Shown here: positions 7,841 to 16,633 of the stretch, one piece after another
Layout: the number at the start of each line of letters is the position of its first letter
Position numbering within the stretch: the first letter of the stretch is position 1
NCBI GenBank assembly: GCA_030037785.1
Contig: JASHQA010000118.1
Coordinates: 1-59,779, forward strand
DNA length: 59,779 nt
DNA from: Streptosporangiaceae bacterium
Lineage (GTDB): Bacteria; Actinomycetota; Actinomycetes; Streptosporangiales; Streptosporangiaceae
Direction of reading: 5' to 3'
The notes under the pieces: model-generated
Told to the model about the DNA's origin: nothing
Databases searched by the model: none
What the model saw: the letters and a program-made list of their open reading frames with translations, nothing else
Program-made: the position numbers and the translations under genes

Positions 7841-8605
7841 ATGGGGATCCTGGACGGCAAACGGATCCTGGTGACAGGAGTGCTCACGGACGCGTCGATC
7901 GCGTTCCACGTAGCCCGGATCGCCCAGCAGGAAGGCGCGACGGTGGTGCTGACCGGCTTCGGCCGGCTCACCCTGGTCGAGCGGATCGCGAAGCGCCTCC
8001 CGGATCCGCCCCCGGTGCTTGAGCTCGACGTCACCGACGACGCCCAGCTGGCGTCGCTGGCCGAGCGGGTGGCGGCGCACGTGGACCGCCTGGACGGGGT
8101 CGTACACAGCATCGGCAACGCGCCCGCCAGCGCACTCGGCGGGAACTTCGTCAACACGGCGTGGCCGGACGTCGCGCTCGCCCTGCGCGTCTCGGCGTAC
8201 TCGCTGAAGTCGCTCGCCATGGCCGCGCTGCCGCTGATGCGGCCGGGCGGCGCGATCGTCGGGATGGACTTCGACGCCAGCGTCGCGTGGCCGGCCTACG
8301 ACTGGATGGGCGTGGCCAAGGCGGCGCTGGAGTCGACGGCGCGCTATCTCGCCCGCGACCTCGGCCCGCGCGGCATCCGGGTCAACCTCATGTCGGCCGG
8401 CCCGATCAGGACGATGGCGGCCAAGAGCATTCCCGGCTTCGACCGGTTCGAGGACCTCTGGTCTGCGCGGGCGCCGCTGGGCTGGGACCTGAGCAACGCC
8501 GAGCCCGCCGCGCGCGGGTGCGTGGCGCTGTTGTCGGATTGGTTCCCCGCCACGACCGGAGAGATTGTGCACGTGGACGGCGGAGCACACGCCATGGGCG
8601 CGTGA
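7841..8605 (+). CDS. inhA: NADH-dependent enoyl-ACP reductase (InhA type)
   Basis: MGILDGKRILVTGV..., YDWMGVAKAALES (Tyr/Lys catalytic pair) and ...SAGPIRTMAA. Sits directly downstream of fabG, as in mycobacteria. Confidence 0.9.
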   Translation: MGILDGKRILVTGVLTDASIAFHVARIAQQEGATVVLTGFGRLTLVERIAKRLPDPPPVLELDVTDDAQLASLAERVAAHVDRLDGVVHSIGNAPASALGGNFVNTAWPDVALALRVSAYSLKSLAMAALPLMRPGGAIVGMDFDASVAWPAYDWMGVAKAALESTARYLARDLGPRGIRVNLMSAGPIRTMAAKSIPGFDRFEDLWSARAPLGWDLSNAEPAARGCVALLSDWFPATTGEIVHVDGGAHAMGA

Positions 8606-8707
8606 AGAGAGGGGAACGACGCCGCGCGCGCTGACGCCGCTCGCCTCGCCGTGGTGGACGGGGCTGGCGGCAGGCCCGCCCCTGATGGGTGCCAGTACAG
8701 TCGAGCA

Positions 8708-9472
8708 ATGACCGTGGTGCTGATCGTGCGGCACGGCCTCACGTCGTCGACCGGCAAGGCGCTGACTGGCTGGCTGCCCGGCATCGCGCTCGACGACCGC
8801 GGCCGGGCGCAGGCGGCCGCGCTCGCGGCCCGGCTCGCACAGGTGCCGCTCGCGGCCATCGTCAGCAGCCCGCTGGAGCGGTGCGCGCAGACCGCGTCGA
8901 TCATCGCGGCCGGCCACGGGAGCCCGCTGACGGCCGTGCCTGGCGCGACCGCGGCTGCGAACGGCCAGGTGAGCAGCCCGGCTGAGCCGACCGCGGTGCA
9001 GCTGGACGAGCGCCTCGGGGAGTGCCGGTACGGAGACTGGACTGGCCGGTCGCTGCGCAAGCTGGCCCGCGAACCGCTGTGGCGGGTCGTGCAGGCGCAC
9101 CCGAGCGCGGTGCGCTTCCCCGGACCGGCGGGGGAGACAATGACCGGGATGCAGCAGCGGGCCGTCGCGGCGGTGCGCGAGTGGAACGCGCGGCTCGGTC
9201 CCGACGCGGCCTACCTGGTGTGCTCGCACGGTGACGTGATCAAGGCGATCCTGGCGGACGCCCTCGGCATGCACCTCGACATGTCGCAGCGGATTCAGGT
9301 GGATCCGTGCTCGCTGAGCGTGGTCAGGTACACGGCGCTGCGCCCGTTCGTGCTGGCGATGAACGACACGGGCGCGGACGCAGCGGCGCTCGCCGCCTAC
9401 GCCAGGCCGACCGCCACGGCCCGGCCGGCTGCGCAGGCCGACGCTGCGGTCGGTGGCGGCGCTGGCAGCTAG
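8708..9472 (+). CDS. Histidine phosphatase family protein (MSMEG_4193-type putative phosphomutase)
   Basis: VLIVRHGLT (RHG motif), SSPLERCAQTA, ECRYGDWTG, VCSHGDVIKA. Start set at ATG 8708 (the track ORF starts at GTG 8651). Confidence 0.8.
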   Translation: MTVVLIVRHGLTSSTGKALTGWLPGIALDDRGRAQAAALAARLAQVPLAAIVSSPLERCAQTASIIAAGHGSPLTAVPGATAAANGQVSSPAEPTAVQLDERLGECRYGDWTGRSLRKLAREPLWRVVQAHPSAVRFPGPAGETMTGMQQRAVAAVREWNARLGPDAAYLVCSHGDVIKAILADALGMHLDMSQRIQVDPCSLSVVRYTALRPFVLAMNDTGADAAALAAYARPTATARPAAQADAAVGGGAGS

Positions 9473-9560
9473 CTGGGGATCACGCGGGCGAGCGCCGGCG
9501 CCGGTAGCCTGTGACTCGGGTTGCTTCGGCGCGGCAGGATGAGCGCGGGAGGATAGGGGC

Positions 9561-10112
9561 ATGCCGGTCTACACGTACGACCCGCCGGAGCGATTCGTCG
9601 CGGGCACCGTCGGCCAGCCCGGGGAGCGGACGTTCTACCTTCAGGCGGCCGGGGGCAAGCGGGTCACCAGCGTTGCGCTGGAAAAAGGGCAGGTGAGCCA
9701 GCTCGCCGAGCGGCTGGACGAGCTGCTGGACGAGGTGGCCAGGCGGACCGGTGTGGCGTCGGCGGCGCGAACCCTCGGCGTCGTCGATGACGGGCCGCTC
9801 GACATGCCGCTGACCGAAGACTTCCGGGTCGGTGCGATCACGCTGGCCTGGGACCACGACGGCGAGCGCGTCATCATCGAGGCGCAGGAGGAGAGCGAGG
9901 AACCGCTCGAGCCACTGGCTGAGGACATCCCGGATGACGGGCCTGCGGTGCTGCGGGTCCGCATCACCGCGGAGGCAGCGCGCGCGTTCTCGCGGCGCGC
10001 GATCCAGATCGTGCGGGCGGGACGGCCGCCGTGCGAGCTGTGCGGGCTGCCAGTCGACCCGGCAGGCCATGTCTGCCCGCGGCAGAACGGCCACCGGGTC
10101 GGGCATGGCTGA
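9561..10112 (+). CDS. DUF3090 domain-containing protein
   Basis: MPVYTYDPPERFVAGTVGQPGERTFYLQA... and C-terminal CxxC...C (CELCGLPVDPAGHVC), as I remember for DUF3090. GGGAGGATAGGGG RBS. Confidence 0.8.
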   Translation: MPVYTYDPPERFVAGTVGQPGERTFYLQAAGGKRVTSVALEKGQVSQLAERLDELLDEVARRTGVASAARTLGVVDDGPLDMPLTEDFRVGAITLAWDHDGERVIIEAQEESEEPLEPLAEDIPDDGPAVLRVRITAEAARAFSRRAIQIVRAGRPPCELCGLPVDPAGHVCPRQNGHRVGHG

Positions 10113-10884
10113 GACGGCGGCCGGCTCGCCGGACAGCGTCGGCCACGGTGCGGCGCAGCCACCGCCCGTCGACGAGGCCGCGAGCCTCGACCTGCTGACC
10201 ACAGGGGATCTCCAGGTCGAGGGCCGGCTCGTTGCTGCGTCGAACGCGACGCTGTACTGCACCATCTCCGCCGGCGGCAGACAGGCGGGGTGCGTCTACA
10301 AGCCGGTGGCGGGCGAACGGCCGCTCTGGGACTTTCCGGACGGCACGCTGGCGGGCCGCGAGCTCGCCGCCTACCTGATGTCGCGCGCAGCTGGCTGGGA
10401 CGTCGTGCCGCCGACCGTCTACCGGGAGGGGCCGTTCGGTCCCGGCATGTGCCAGCTGTGGATCGACGCGGACGAGTCCGTCGATCTGGTGGAGTTCGCG
10501 CGCAGCGGGGACGACCCGCGGCTCCGGCAGCTGGCGGTGTTCGACGCCGTCGTCAACAACGCGGATCGCAAGATCGGCCACCTGCTGCCGACGCCAGCGG
10601 GTCACCTGTACGGCTGCGACCACGGTGTCTGCTTTGGTCCCGAGTACAAGCTGCGGACCGTGCTGTGGCAGTGGCGCGGCAAGAAGCTGACCCCGGCTGC
10701 GCTCGCTGCGCTCCGGGTCTCGCGCGAACTGCTGACCACCGGGGGACTGGCGGCTGAGCTGGCTCAGTGGCTGACGCCGACGGAGATCGCGGCGACCAGG
10801 CGGCGAGTCGAGCTGCTACTGGCGCGCAAGATTCACCCGTCTCCGCCGACGGACTGGCCGGCTGTGCCGTGGCCGCCGGTCTAG
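10105..10884 (+). CDS. SCO1664 family protein (PI3/4-kinase-like fold)
   Basis: ATG 10105 overlaps the DUF3090 stop by 8 nt. ...ASNATLYCTI...VYKPVAGERPLWDFPDGTLAGRE...NADRKIGHLL...DHGVCF. The upstream part of track ORF 9832.. is out-of-frame junk. Confidence 0.75.
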   Translation: MAETAAGSPDSVGHGAAQPPPVDEAASLDLLTTGDLQVEGRLVAASNATLYCTISAGGRQAGCVYKPVAGERPLWDFPDGTLAGRELAAYLMSRAAGWDVVPPTVYREGPFGPGMCQLWIDADESVDLVEFARSGDDPRLRQLAVFDAVVNNADRKIGHLLPTPAGHLYGCDHGVCFGPEYKLRTVLWQWRGKKLTPAALAALRVSRELLTTGGLAAELAQWLTPTEIAATRRRVELLLARKIHPSPPTDWPAVPWPPV

Positions 10885-10944
10885 CCCGGCCGCTGGCCTA
10901 GACCGGTAGCTGGTGCCGGGGCCACACCGCGCGGCCGGCGGCCG

Positions 10945-11796
10945 TCAGCGCCCGCCGTGCTCGCCCCGTCGCCGCAGGTACCGCTCGAACTCCCTGGCGA
11001 TCGCGTCACCGCTCGCCTCCGGCAGGTCGGTGGCGTCCTTGGCCTCCTCGAGGGTGCGCACATACTCGGCCACGTCGCTGTCCTGCTCAGCGAGTTCGTC
11101 GACGCCCCGCTCCCACGCCTTGGCCTCGGCGGGCAGGTCCTGCAGGGGCACGGAGATGTCGAGGATGTCCTCGACGCTGCGCAGCAAGGCGAGCGTGGCC
11201 TTCGGGCTGGGCGGCTGGGCCACGTAGTGCGGCACCGCAGCCCACAGCGACACCGACGCCAGCCCGGCGGCCGTGCACGCGTGCTGCAAGACGCCCACGA
11301 TTCCGGTCGGACCCTTGTAGTCCACCGACTCCACGTGCAGCTGAGCCGCGATGTCGGGGCCCGAGGCTGCCGCGGTCACCTGCAACGGCCTGGTGTGCGG
11401 CGAGTCCGCCAGTAGCGCCCCGAGCAGGATCACAAGCTCGACCTTTAGCTCGGTGAACGCGGTGACGAGCTCGGCGGTGAAGCCCTGCCAGCGCATGTTG
11501 GGCTCGATGCCCTGCACGAGGATCAGGTCGCGGCCGACGTCAGGGACCCTGGCCAGGCCGAGCCGCGTCGTCGGCCAGACGAGCTCGGTCGGCTGGCCGT
11601 CGGCGACCTCGATCACCGGCCTGGTGACCTGGAAGTCGTAATAGTCCTCTGGATCTATCGCGCCGATGACCTTGGCATCCCAGGCCGAGCTCAGCTGGTT
11701 GACCGCGCTGCTCGCCGCCTCGCCGGCGTCGTTCCAGCCCTCGAAGGCAGCGATCAGCGCGGGCGAGGTGAGCTTGCCAACAGAGTCCAGCTCGAT
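10945..11796 (-). CDS. PAC2 (proteasome assembly chaperone 2-like) family protein
   Basis: ...LTSPALIAAFEGWNDAGEAASSAV... The 5' 150 nt of track ORF 10945..11949 has A/T-ending codons and looks non-coding. AAGGGAGG RBS at 11813-11806. The nearest in-frame codons are ATC 11796 and CTG 11790, so the start is uncertain and non-canonical. Confidence 0.75.
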   Translation of the reverse strand: MELDSVGKLTSPALIAAFEGWNDAGEAASSAVNQLSSAWDAKVIGAIDPEDYYDFQVTRPVIEVADGQPTELVWPTTRLGLARVPDVGRDLILVQGIEPNMRWQGFTAELVTAFTELKVELVILLGALLADSPHTRPLQVTAAASGPDIAAQLHVESVDYKGPTGIVGVLQHACTAAGLASVSLWAAVPHYVAQPPSPKATLALLRSVEDILDISVPLQDLPAEAKAWERGVDELAEQDSDVAEYVRTLEEAKDATDLPEASGDAIAREFERYLRRRGEHGGR

Positions 11797-11925
11797 CGCC
11801 GGCCACCTCCCTTGTCGTCCGCCTGAACGGCACCCGGCCGGGAGCCTGTCACCGTCAAGACTACGTTCTGTGGCTAGCAGATGAAGAAAAGGTCGTCGGG
11901 ACCCAGTCGCCCGGCCAAGCATCTC

Positions 11926-11931
11926 TAGAAT
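11926..11931 (+). promoter_or_regulatory. -10 hexamer TAGAAT 9 nt upstream of the HAD ATG (leaderless or short-leader candidate)
   Basis: TAGAAT-GGCCGCATC-ATG, with no SD sequence before 11941. Confidence 0.3.
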
Positions 11932-11940
11932 GGCCGCATC

Positions 11941-12672
11941 ATGCCCCAATCCGGACAGCTACCCGCGCGTCCTGCCGCCGCGACCGCCGCGACCGCCGCG
12001 GCCGGGCGCACACTCGGCGGGCTCGCGGCTGTGACGTTCGACATGGACGGCCTGCTGGTCGACTCCGAGCCACTGTGGTTCCTGGCGGAGAGTGCCGTGA
12101 TGGCGCGACTCGGCGCCGCCTGGGAGCCCGCCGACCAGCACGCGCTGATCGGCGGCTCGCTGCGGCGGTCAGTCGAGTATCTGATCGCGAAGGCGGCCAC
12201 GCCCGCCGAGCCCGCGGAGGTCGCGCGCTGGCTGCTCGAGACGATGGTGGAGCTGGTCAGCACGCGACCGCTGACCGTACTGCCAGGCGCGGCGAGCCTG
12301 GTCGGTGAGGTGCAGGCGGCCGGCCTGCCGTACGCGCTCGTGACATCCTCGGTTCCGGCCGTGGTCGACGCGGTGCTGGCGCGGCTTGACGTCCGGTTCG
12401 ACGTGATCGTCAGCGCCGCCGACGTGACGCACGCCAAGCCCGATCCTGAGGGCTACCTGCTGGCCGCGGCGAAGCTTGGCGTCGACCCGCGGCGGTGCAT
12501 CGCGCTGGAGGACTCGCCGAACGGAGTGGCCGCCGCCGAGGCGGCCGGCTATCGGGTGGTCGCCGTGCCGAGCGTCGTGCCGGTGCCAGGCCTGGCGGGC
12601 CGGATCGTGCTCGGCACGCTGGCCGGCGTGACGCTGGCCGACCTGAGCGCCCGCGCGGGTCTTGGCAGCTGA
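11941..12672 (+). CDS. HAD family hydrolase (beta-phosphoglucomutase-like subfamily)
   Basis: FDMDGLLVDSE motif I, LVTSS motif II, EDSPNGVAAAEAAG motif III/IV. Alternative start GTG 12031. Confidence 0.8.
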   Translation: MPQSGQLPARPAAATAATAAAGRTLGGLAAVTFDMDGLLVDSEPLWFLAESAVMARLGAAWEPADQHALIGGSLRRSVEYLIAKAATPAEPAEVARWLLETMVELVSTRPLTVLPGAASLVGEVQAAGLPYALVTSSVPAVVDAVLARLDVRFDVIVSAADVTHAKPDPEGYLLAAAKLGVDPRRCIALEDSPNGVAAAEAAGYRVVAVPSVVPVPGLAGRIVLGTLAGVTLADLSARAGLGS

Positions 12673-12812
12673 GCCAGCGAGGCGGCTGGGTATTTCTACG
12701 TATAGGGTGAAGCTCTTATATCGGGCGGGCTCAAGCGCCGTCGAAACGTGCGATAATTCAAGTGTTCACGCCTTAGCCGCGCTCGAGGTCGCGGTTTCGA
12801 GGGGAGGCGACG

Positions 12813-13295
12813 GTGCATAGCTGGCTGAGCTTCGTGGATGGCAGCTTTGCTGGCCCGATCTTCGTGGCCGTCACGGTTGCGGGGCTTGTCCTGAGCGGGC
12901 TGGCCTGGCGCCGGAAGGGTGCCCGCAGCGGGATCCGCGGCGTCGCCTGGTCGCTGCTGCCGGCCGCGGCCTGGCTGACCCATTCGCTGGGGCTGGTCGG
13001 CCGGATCGTGTCAGCCGTTGTGGTGTTCGCCGGCGGCTTCGTGCTTTCCCCGGAGGCCTGGCTCGGCGTCATCCTGGTCGGCGTGTCCGTGCTGTTCTTC
13101 CTCGTGTCTGGCGGGATCCCGCTGGTCGGGGGGCGGCGCCGCCGCAAGAAGGAGGTCGGCGGCAAGGCTGGCCGGTCCGGTGGCGACACGCCTGCTTCGC
13201 TGCCCGCGGCCAGGGACCGGGCGAAGGTGCCGGCCGGCGATGACGATGACCTCGCGGGCGTGCGCGACATCCTGAAGCGGCACGGCATCAGCTGA
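12813..13295 (+). CDS. Hypothetical membrane protein (about 4 TM spans, basic/acidic C-terminal tail)
   Basis: GGGGAGG RBS before GTG 12813, hydrophobic spans, G/C3 bias. No family recognised. Confidence 0.6.
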   Translation: MHSWLSFVDGSFAGPIFVAVTVAGLVLSGLAWRRKGARSGIRGVAWSLLPAAAWLTHSLGLVGRIVSAVVVFAGGFVLSPEAWLGVILVGVSVLFFLVSGGIPLVGGRRRRKKEVGGKAGRSGGDTPASLPAARDRAKVPAGDDDDLAGVRDILKRHGIS

Positions 13296-13351
13296 CCGCT
13301 CGCTGACGAGTTAGGCCGGCCGGCCGCGGTTTCGACCGCCGGGTGACGGGT

Positions 13352-13372
13352 CGGCTACCCGGCGGGTAGCCG
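13352..13372 (+). terminator. Hairpin 57 nt after the membrane-protein stop
   Basis: CGGCTACCC-ggc-GGGTAGCCG, 9-bp stem with a tight loop. Confidence 0.3.
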
Positions 13373-13421
13373 CCTACCGCTGCCAGTATTCCGGCGTTCC
13401 CGGTTGTCCCGCGCGGTCTGT

Positions 13422-13465
13422 TGGTCGCGTGCGCTCTGTCGCGTGGTCGCGTGCGCTCTGTCGCG
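13422..13465. repeat. 22-bp perfect tandem duplication (TGGTCGCGTGCGCTCTGTCGCG x2)
   Basis: 13422-13443 equals 13444-13465, in the 385-bp leader of the peptide ABC operon. Confidence 0.9.
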
Positions 13466-13680
13466 GCCTGATGGTCATTCGGTCACAATCCAGCTACGAC
13501 CGATTCGTTCTTCTTGGCGCCAAACGCGAACCTTGGCATTCTCCAACAAAGAGTGTTGCGGGGGGCCATCACCGTGCCTGTTTCGCTAGGCGCCGGTGGC
13601 CGATTAGGCCGGATCCTTGCGATGGCGGCCTTGCTCGCAGCAGCGCGGAACAGGCTGCAGAAGCGGGAGTGAGGAGCTAG

Positions 13681-14685
13681 ATGGCGGCGCCGCTTGACGT
13701 GTCGCCGGTCGGTGCCGAGGCAATCCCCGAGGCGGTCACCACCGGCCTGTCTGGGCAGCGCATCGAGGGCCGCTCACTGGGCCAGATCGCGTGGCTGCGG
13801 CTCCGCCGCGACAAGGTGGCCATGGCGAGCGCGGTCTTCGTCATCTTCCTGATCCTGGTCGCGATCCTCGGGCCGTTCCTGGTGCAGAACCCGGACACAT
13901 ACCACTCGAACCTGCTGAACCCGACGCTGCTCAGCCCGAACGGCGCCTTCGGCGGCATAAGCCTTGCGCACCCGTTCGGGGTCGAGCCGCAAACTGGCCG
14001 GGACGTGCTGAGCAGGATTGTCAACGGCGCCCGCTATTCGCTGATCATCGGCTTTCTCGCTACGGCCCTGGCTGTCATCATCGGGGTCTTCTTCGGGCTC
14101 ATCGCCGGCTACTTCGGCGGGTGGGTCGACAGCCTGATCGCGCGCGCGATGGACGTGTTCCTGGCTTTCCCGCTGCTGGTGTTCGCGATCGCGTTGGTCG
14201 GCGTGCTGCCGACCAACGCGAGCTTCTTCGGGATCTCGCTGGCGGGCAACACGCTGCGCATCGGCTTGCTCATCTTCATCATCGGCTTCTTCAGCTGGCC
14301 ATACATGGGCCGGATCATTCGCGGTCAGGTGCTGTCGCTGCGCGAGCGCGAGTTCGTGGATGCCGCCAGGAGCATCGGCGCCCGCGGGCCGTACATCCTG
14401 TTCCGGGAACTGCTGCCGAACCTGTGGGGCCCGATCCTGGTGTACGCCACGCTGCTGATCCCGACCAACATCCTGTTCGAGGCGGCGCTGTCGTTCCTCG
14501 GTGTCGGGATCATCCCGCCGACGCCAAGCTGGGGCGACATGCTGTCCGACGCTGTCACCAACGGCTACTACTACATCGACCCGATGTACATGTTCATCCC
14601 CGGCATGGCGATCTTCCTCACAGTGATGGCATTCAACCTCTTCGGCGACGGGCTCCGCGATGCGCTCGACCCGAGGACCCGGTAG
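13681..14685 (+). CDS. Peptide/nickel ABC transporter permease (OppC/DppC type)
   Basis: N-terminal OppC-like segment (LGQIAWLRLRRDKVAMAS) plus a BPD-transporter core (SLREREFVDAARSIGA). GGAGTGAGGAG RBS. Confidence 0.85.
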   Translation: MAAPLDVSPVGAEAIPEAVTTGLSGQRIEGRSLGQIAWLRLRRDKVAMASAVFVIFLILVAILGPFLVQNPDTYHSNLLNPTLLSPNGAFGGISLAHPFGVEPQTGRDVLSRIVNGARYSLIIGFLATALAVIIGVFFGLIAGYFGGWVDSLIARAMDVFLAFPLLVFAIALVGVLPTNASFFGISLAGNTLRIGLLIFIIGFFSWPYMGRIIRGQVLSLREREFVDAARSIGARGPYILFRELLPNLWGPILVYATLLIPTNILFEAALSFLGVGIIPPTPSWGDMLSDAVTNGYYYIDPMYMFIPGMAIFLTVMAFNLFGDGLRDALDPRTR

Positions 14686-14736
14686 GTCAAAACGCACTCG
14701 GCTACGTGCGGTAACGATAGGAGGCGCATTCCCCAT

Positions 14737-16536
14737 ATGAACAGACGCAAGAGCCTCGGGCTCGTTGCGCTAGGCGCGACCGCGGCCCTCGCCGTGGCTG
14801 CGTGCGGCAGCAGTCCGAGCACAGCCAAGACCACGAGCGCGTTCGACGAGGCCATCACCAAGGTGGTGAATCCGTCGAACGCCAAGACGAACGGCACGCT
14901 GGTGTTCGACGCGGCCGTGACGCCGGACTCCACCGACTACGACAACACGTACTACGCCTTCATGTGGGACTTCGTCCGCCTGTACAGCATGCCGCTGATG
15001 ACGTACAAGTCCTGCCCCGGCACGTGCGGTGAGCAGCTGGTGCCTGACCTGGCGACCGGGCCAGGCGTCGTCAGCGACAACGGCCTGGAGTGGACCTACC
15101 ACATCCAGCCAGACGTCAAGTTCCAGAACGGCGTGACCGTCACGTCGGAAGACGTCAAGTACGGCATCGAGCGGACGTTCGCGAAGAACATCCTGCCCAA
15201 CGGCCCCACCTACTACCAGGTGCTGCTCGCTCCGCAGAACGCGACCTGCGCCGCGAGCATGGCATCCGGCGGCAACACCGGCTGCTACCCGGGGCCCTAC
15301 GTCGACCCGTCGGTGAACGAGATGGGCCTGAACGCGATCACGACGCCGAACTCGACGACGATCGTGTTCCACCTCGCGCACCCGTTCTCCGACTTCAACT
15401 ACGTGGTGGCGATCCCGCAGAGCACGCCGGTACTGCCGAGCTGGGACACCGGCGCGCACGGCGGGGCGAACTTCCAGCTGGACCCGATCTCGACCGGGCC
15501 GTATGAGTTCCAGAGCTACACGCTGAACAAGCAGCTCGTGCTCGTGCGCAACCCGAACTGGAACCCGGCCACCGACCCACAGGCCAAGCAGCTGGTCAAC
15601 AAGATCATCGTGAACTGGAACATGAACCAGAACACCGTGGACCAGGACCAGATCGCCGGCTACGCGGACATGGACATCCAGGGCCTCGGCGTGCAGACCG
15701 CCGCCAAGGACAAGATCCTGACCACACCGTCGCTCAAGGCGGATGCTGACGACGCCATCAACGGCTTCCTGCGGTTCGCGTACATCAACGAGCAGGTCAT
15801 CCCCAACGTGCACTGCCGGGAGGCCATCGAGTACGCGGCGAACAAGGTCACGCTGCAGGACGCCTACGGTGGCTCGATCATCGGCGGCCAGATTGCCACG
15901 ACGGTCATGCCGCCGAACATCCTCGGCTACAAGAGCTTCGACCTGTACAACGCCGTGTCCGACCCGACCGGTGACATCGCCGCGGCCAAGCAGCAGCTTT
16001 CGCTGTGTGGCAAGCCGAACGGGTTCACCACCGGCCTGGCCTACCGGTCGGACCGGCCGCAGGACGTGCTCGCCGCGCAGGCGCTCGAGGCGGCGCTGAA
16101 CCAGGTCGGCATCAAGACGGTGCTCAGCGGCTACCCGACCGGCACCTACTACAGCAACTACGCCGGCGTTCCCGCCTACGTGCACTCGCACGACCTCGGG
16201 ATCTCGATGGGCGGCTGGGGCGCCGACTGGCCGGACGGCTACGGCTTCCTCGACGAGCTGTCCAACGGCAACTCCATCGCGCCGGCGGGCAACACGAACA
16301 TCTCCGAGATCAACGACCCGACGATCAACTCGCTGTTCGCCGAGGCGGCTAACGACAACAACGCCGCATCCCGGCTGGCCATCTGGCCGCAGATCGACAA
16401 GGACATCATGGCCCAGGCGGCCATCCTGCCGATCGTGTACCAGAAGGTCCTGCTCTACCGGAACCCGAACGTGACGAATGTGTACATGGACGACTATTAC
16501 GGCATGTACAACTACGCCGTGCTCGGACTGAAGTAA
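14737..16536 (+). CDS. ABC transporter substrate-binding lipoprotein, family 5 (peptide/oligopeptide)
   Basis: Signal peptide with lipobox LAVAAC-G. About 600 aa of family-5 SBP-like sequence. Confidence 0.85.
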   Translation: MNRRKSLGLVALGATAALAVAACGSSPSTAKTTSAFDEAITKVVNPSNAKTNGTLVFDAAVTPDSTDYDNTYYAFMWDFVRLYSMPLMTYKSCPGTCGEQLVPDLATGPGVVSDNGLEWTYHIQPDVKFQNGVTVTSEDVKYGIERTFAKNILPNGPTYYQVLLAPQNATCAASMASGGNTGCYPGPYVDPSVNEMGLNAITTPNSTTIVFHLAHPFSDFNYVVAIPQSTPVLPSWDTGAHGGANFQLDPISTGPYEFQSYTLNKQLVLVRNPNWNPATDPQAKQLVNKIIVNWNMNQNTVDQDQIAGYADMDIQGLGVQTAAKDKILTTPSLKADADDAINGFLRFAYINEQVIPNVHCREAIEYAANKVTLQDAYGGSIIGGQIATTVMPPNILGYKSFDLYNAVSDPTGDIAAAKQQLSLCGKPNGFTTGLAYRSDRPQDVLAAQALEAALNQVGIKTVLSGYPTGTYYSNYAGVPAYVHSHDLGISMGGWGADWPDGYGFLDELSNGNSIAPAGNTNISEINDPTINSLFAEAANDNNAASRLAIWPQIDKDIMAQAAILPIVYQKVLLYRNPNVTNVYMDDYYGMYNYAVLGLK

Positions 16537-16633
16537 CCACCGAGGGCGCGCTGGCGACCGGCCCGGTCGCCAGCGCGCCCGATTGACCGGCGCGCGGTGG
16601 CCATCAGCCGCCTGATAGGGAGCTTCGCACAGC

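Noticed and set aside
6998-9562. Very long antisense or multi-gene-spanning ORFs in the track: 6998-9562(-), 14770-16869(-), 23111-24781(-), 30424-32106(-), 31880-34450(+, 5' part), 38431-40155(-), 51384-53363(-), 57432-59534(+).
   Set aside because: They lie opposite, or out of frame with, genes that have clear family signatures. They translate to Arg/Pro/Gly/Ala-rich low-complexity strings and sometimes span several real genes. This is a typical stop-codon-poor artefact of very GC-rich DNA.
310-13465. A shared GTCGCG core in three repeat families (310-357, 2769-2820, 13422-13465), suggesting one common binding protein.
   Set aside because: A G/C-rich 6-mer like this is expected on the order of a hundred times in 60 kb of such composition. 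The periods also differ (16, 20, 22 bp). I consider the sharing coincidental.
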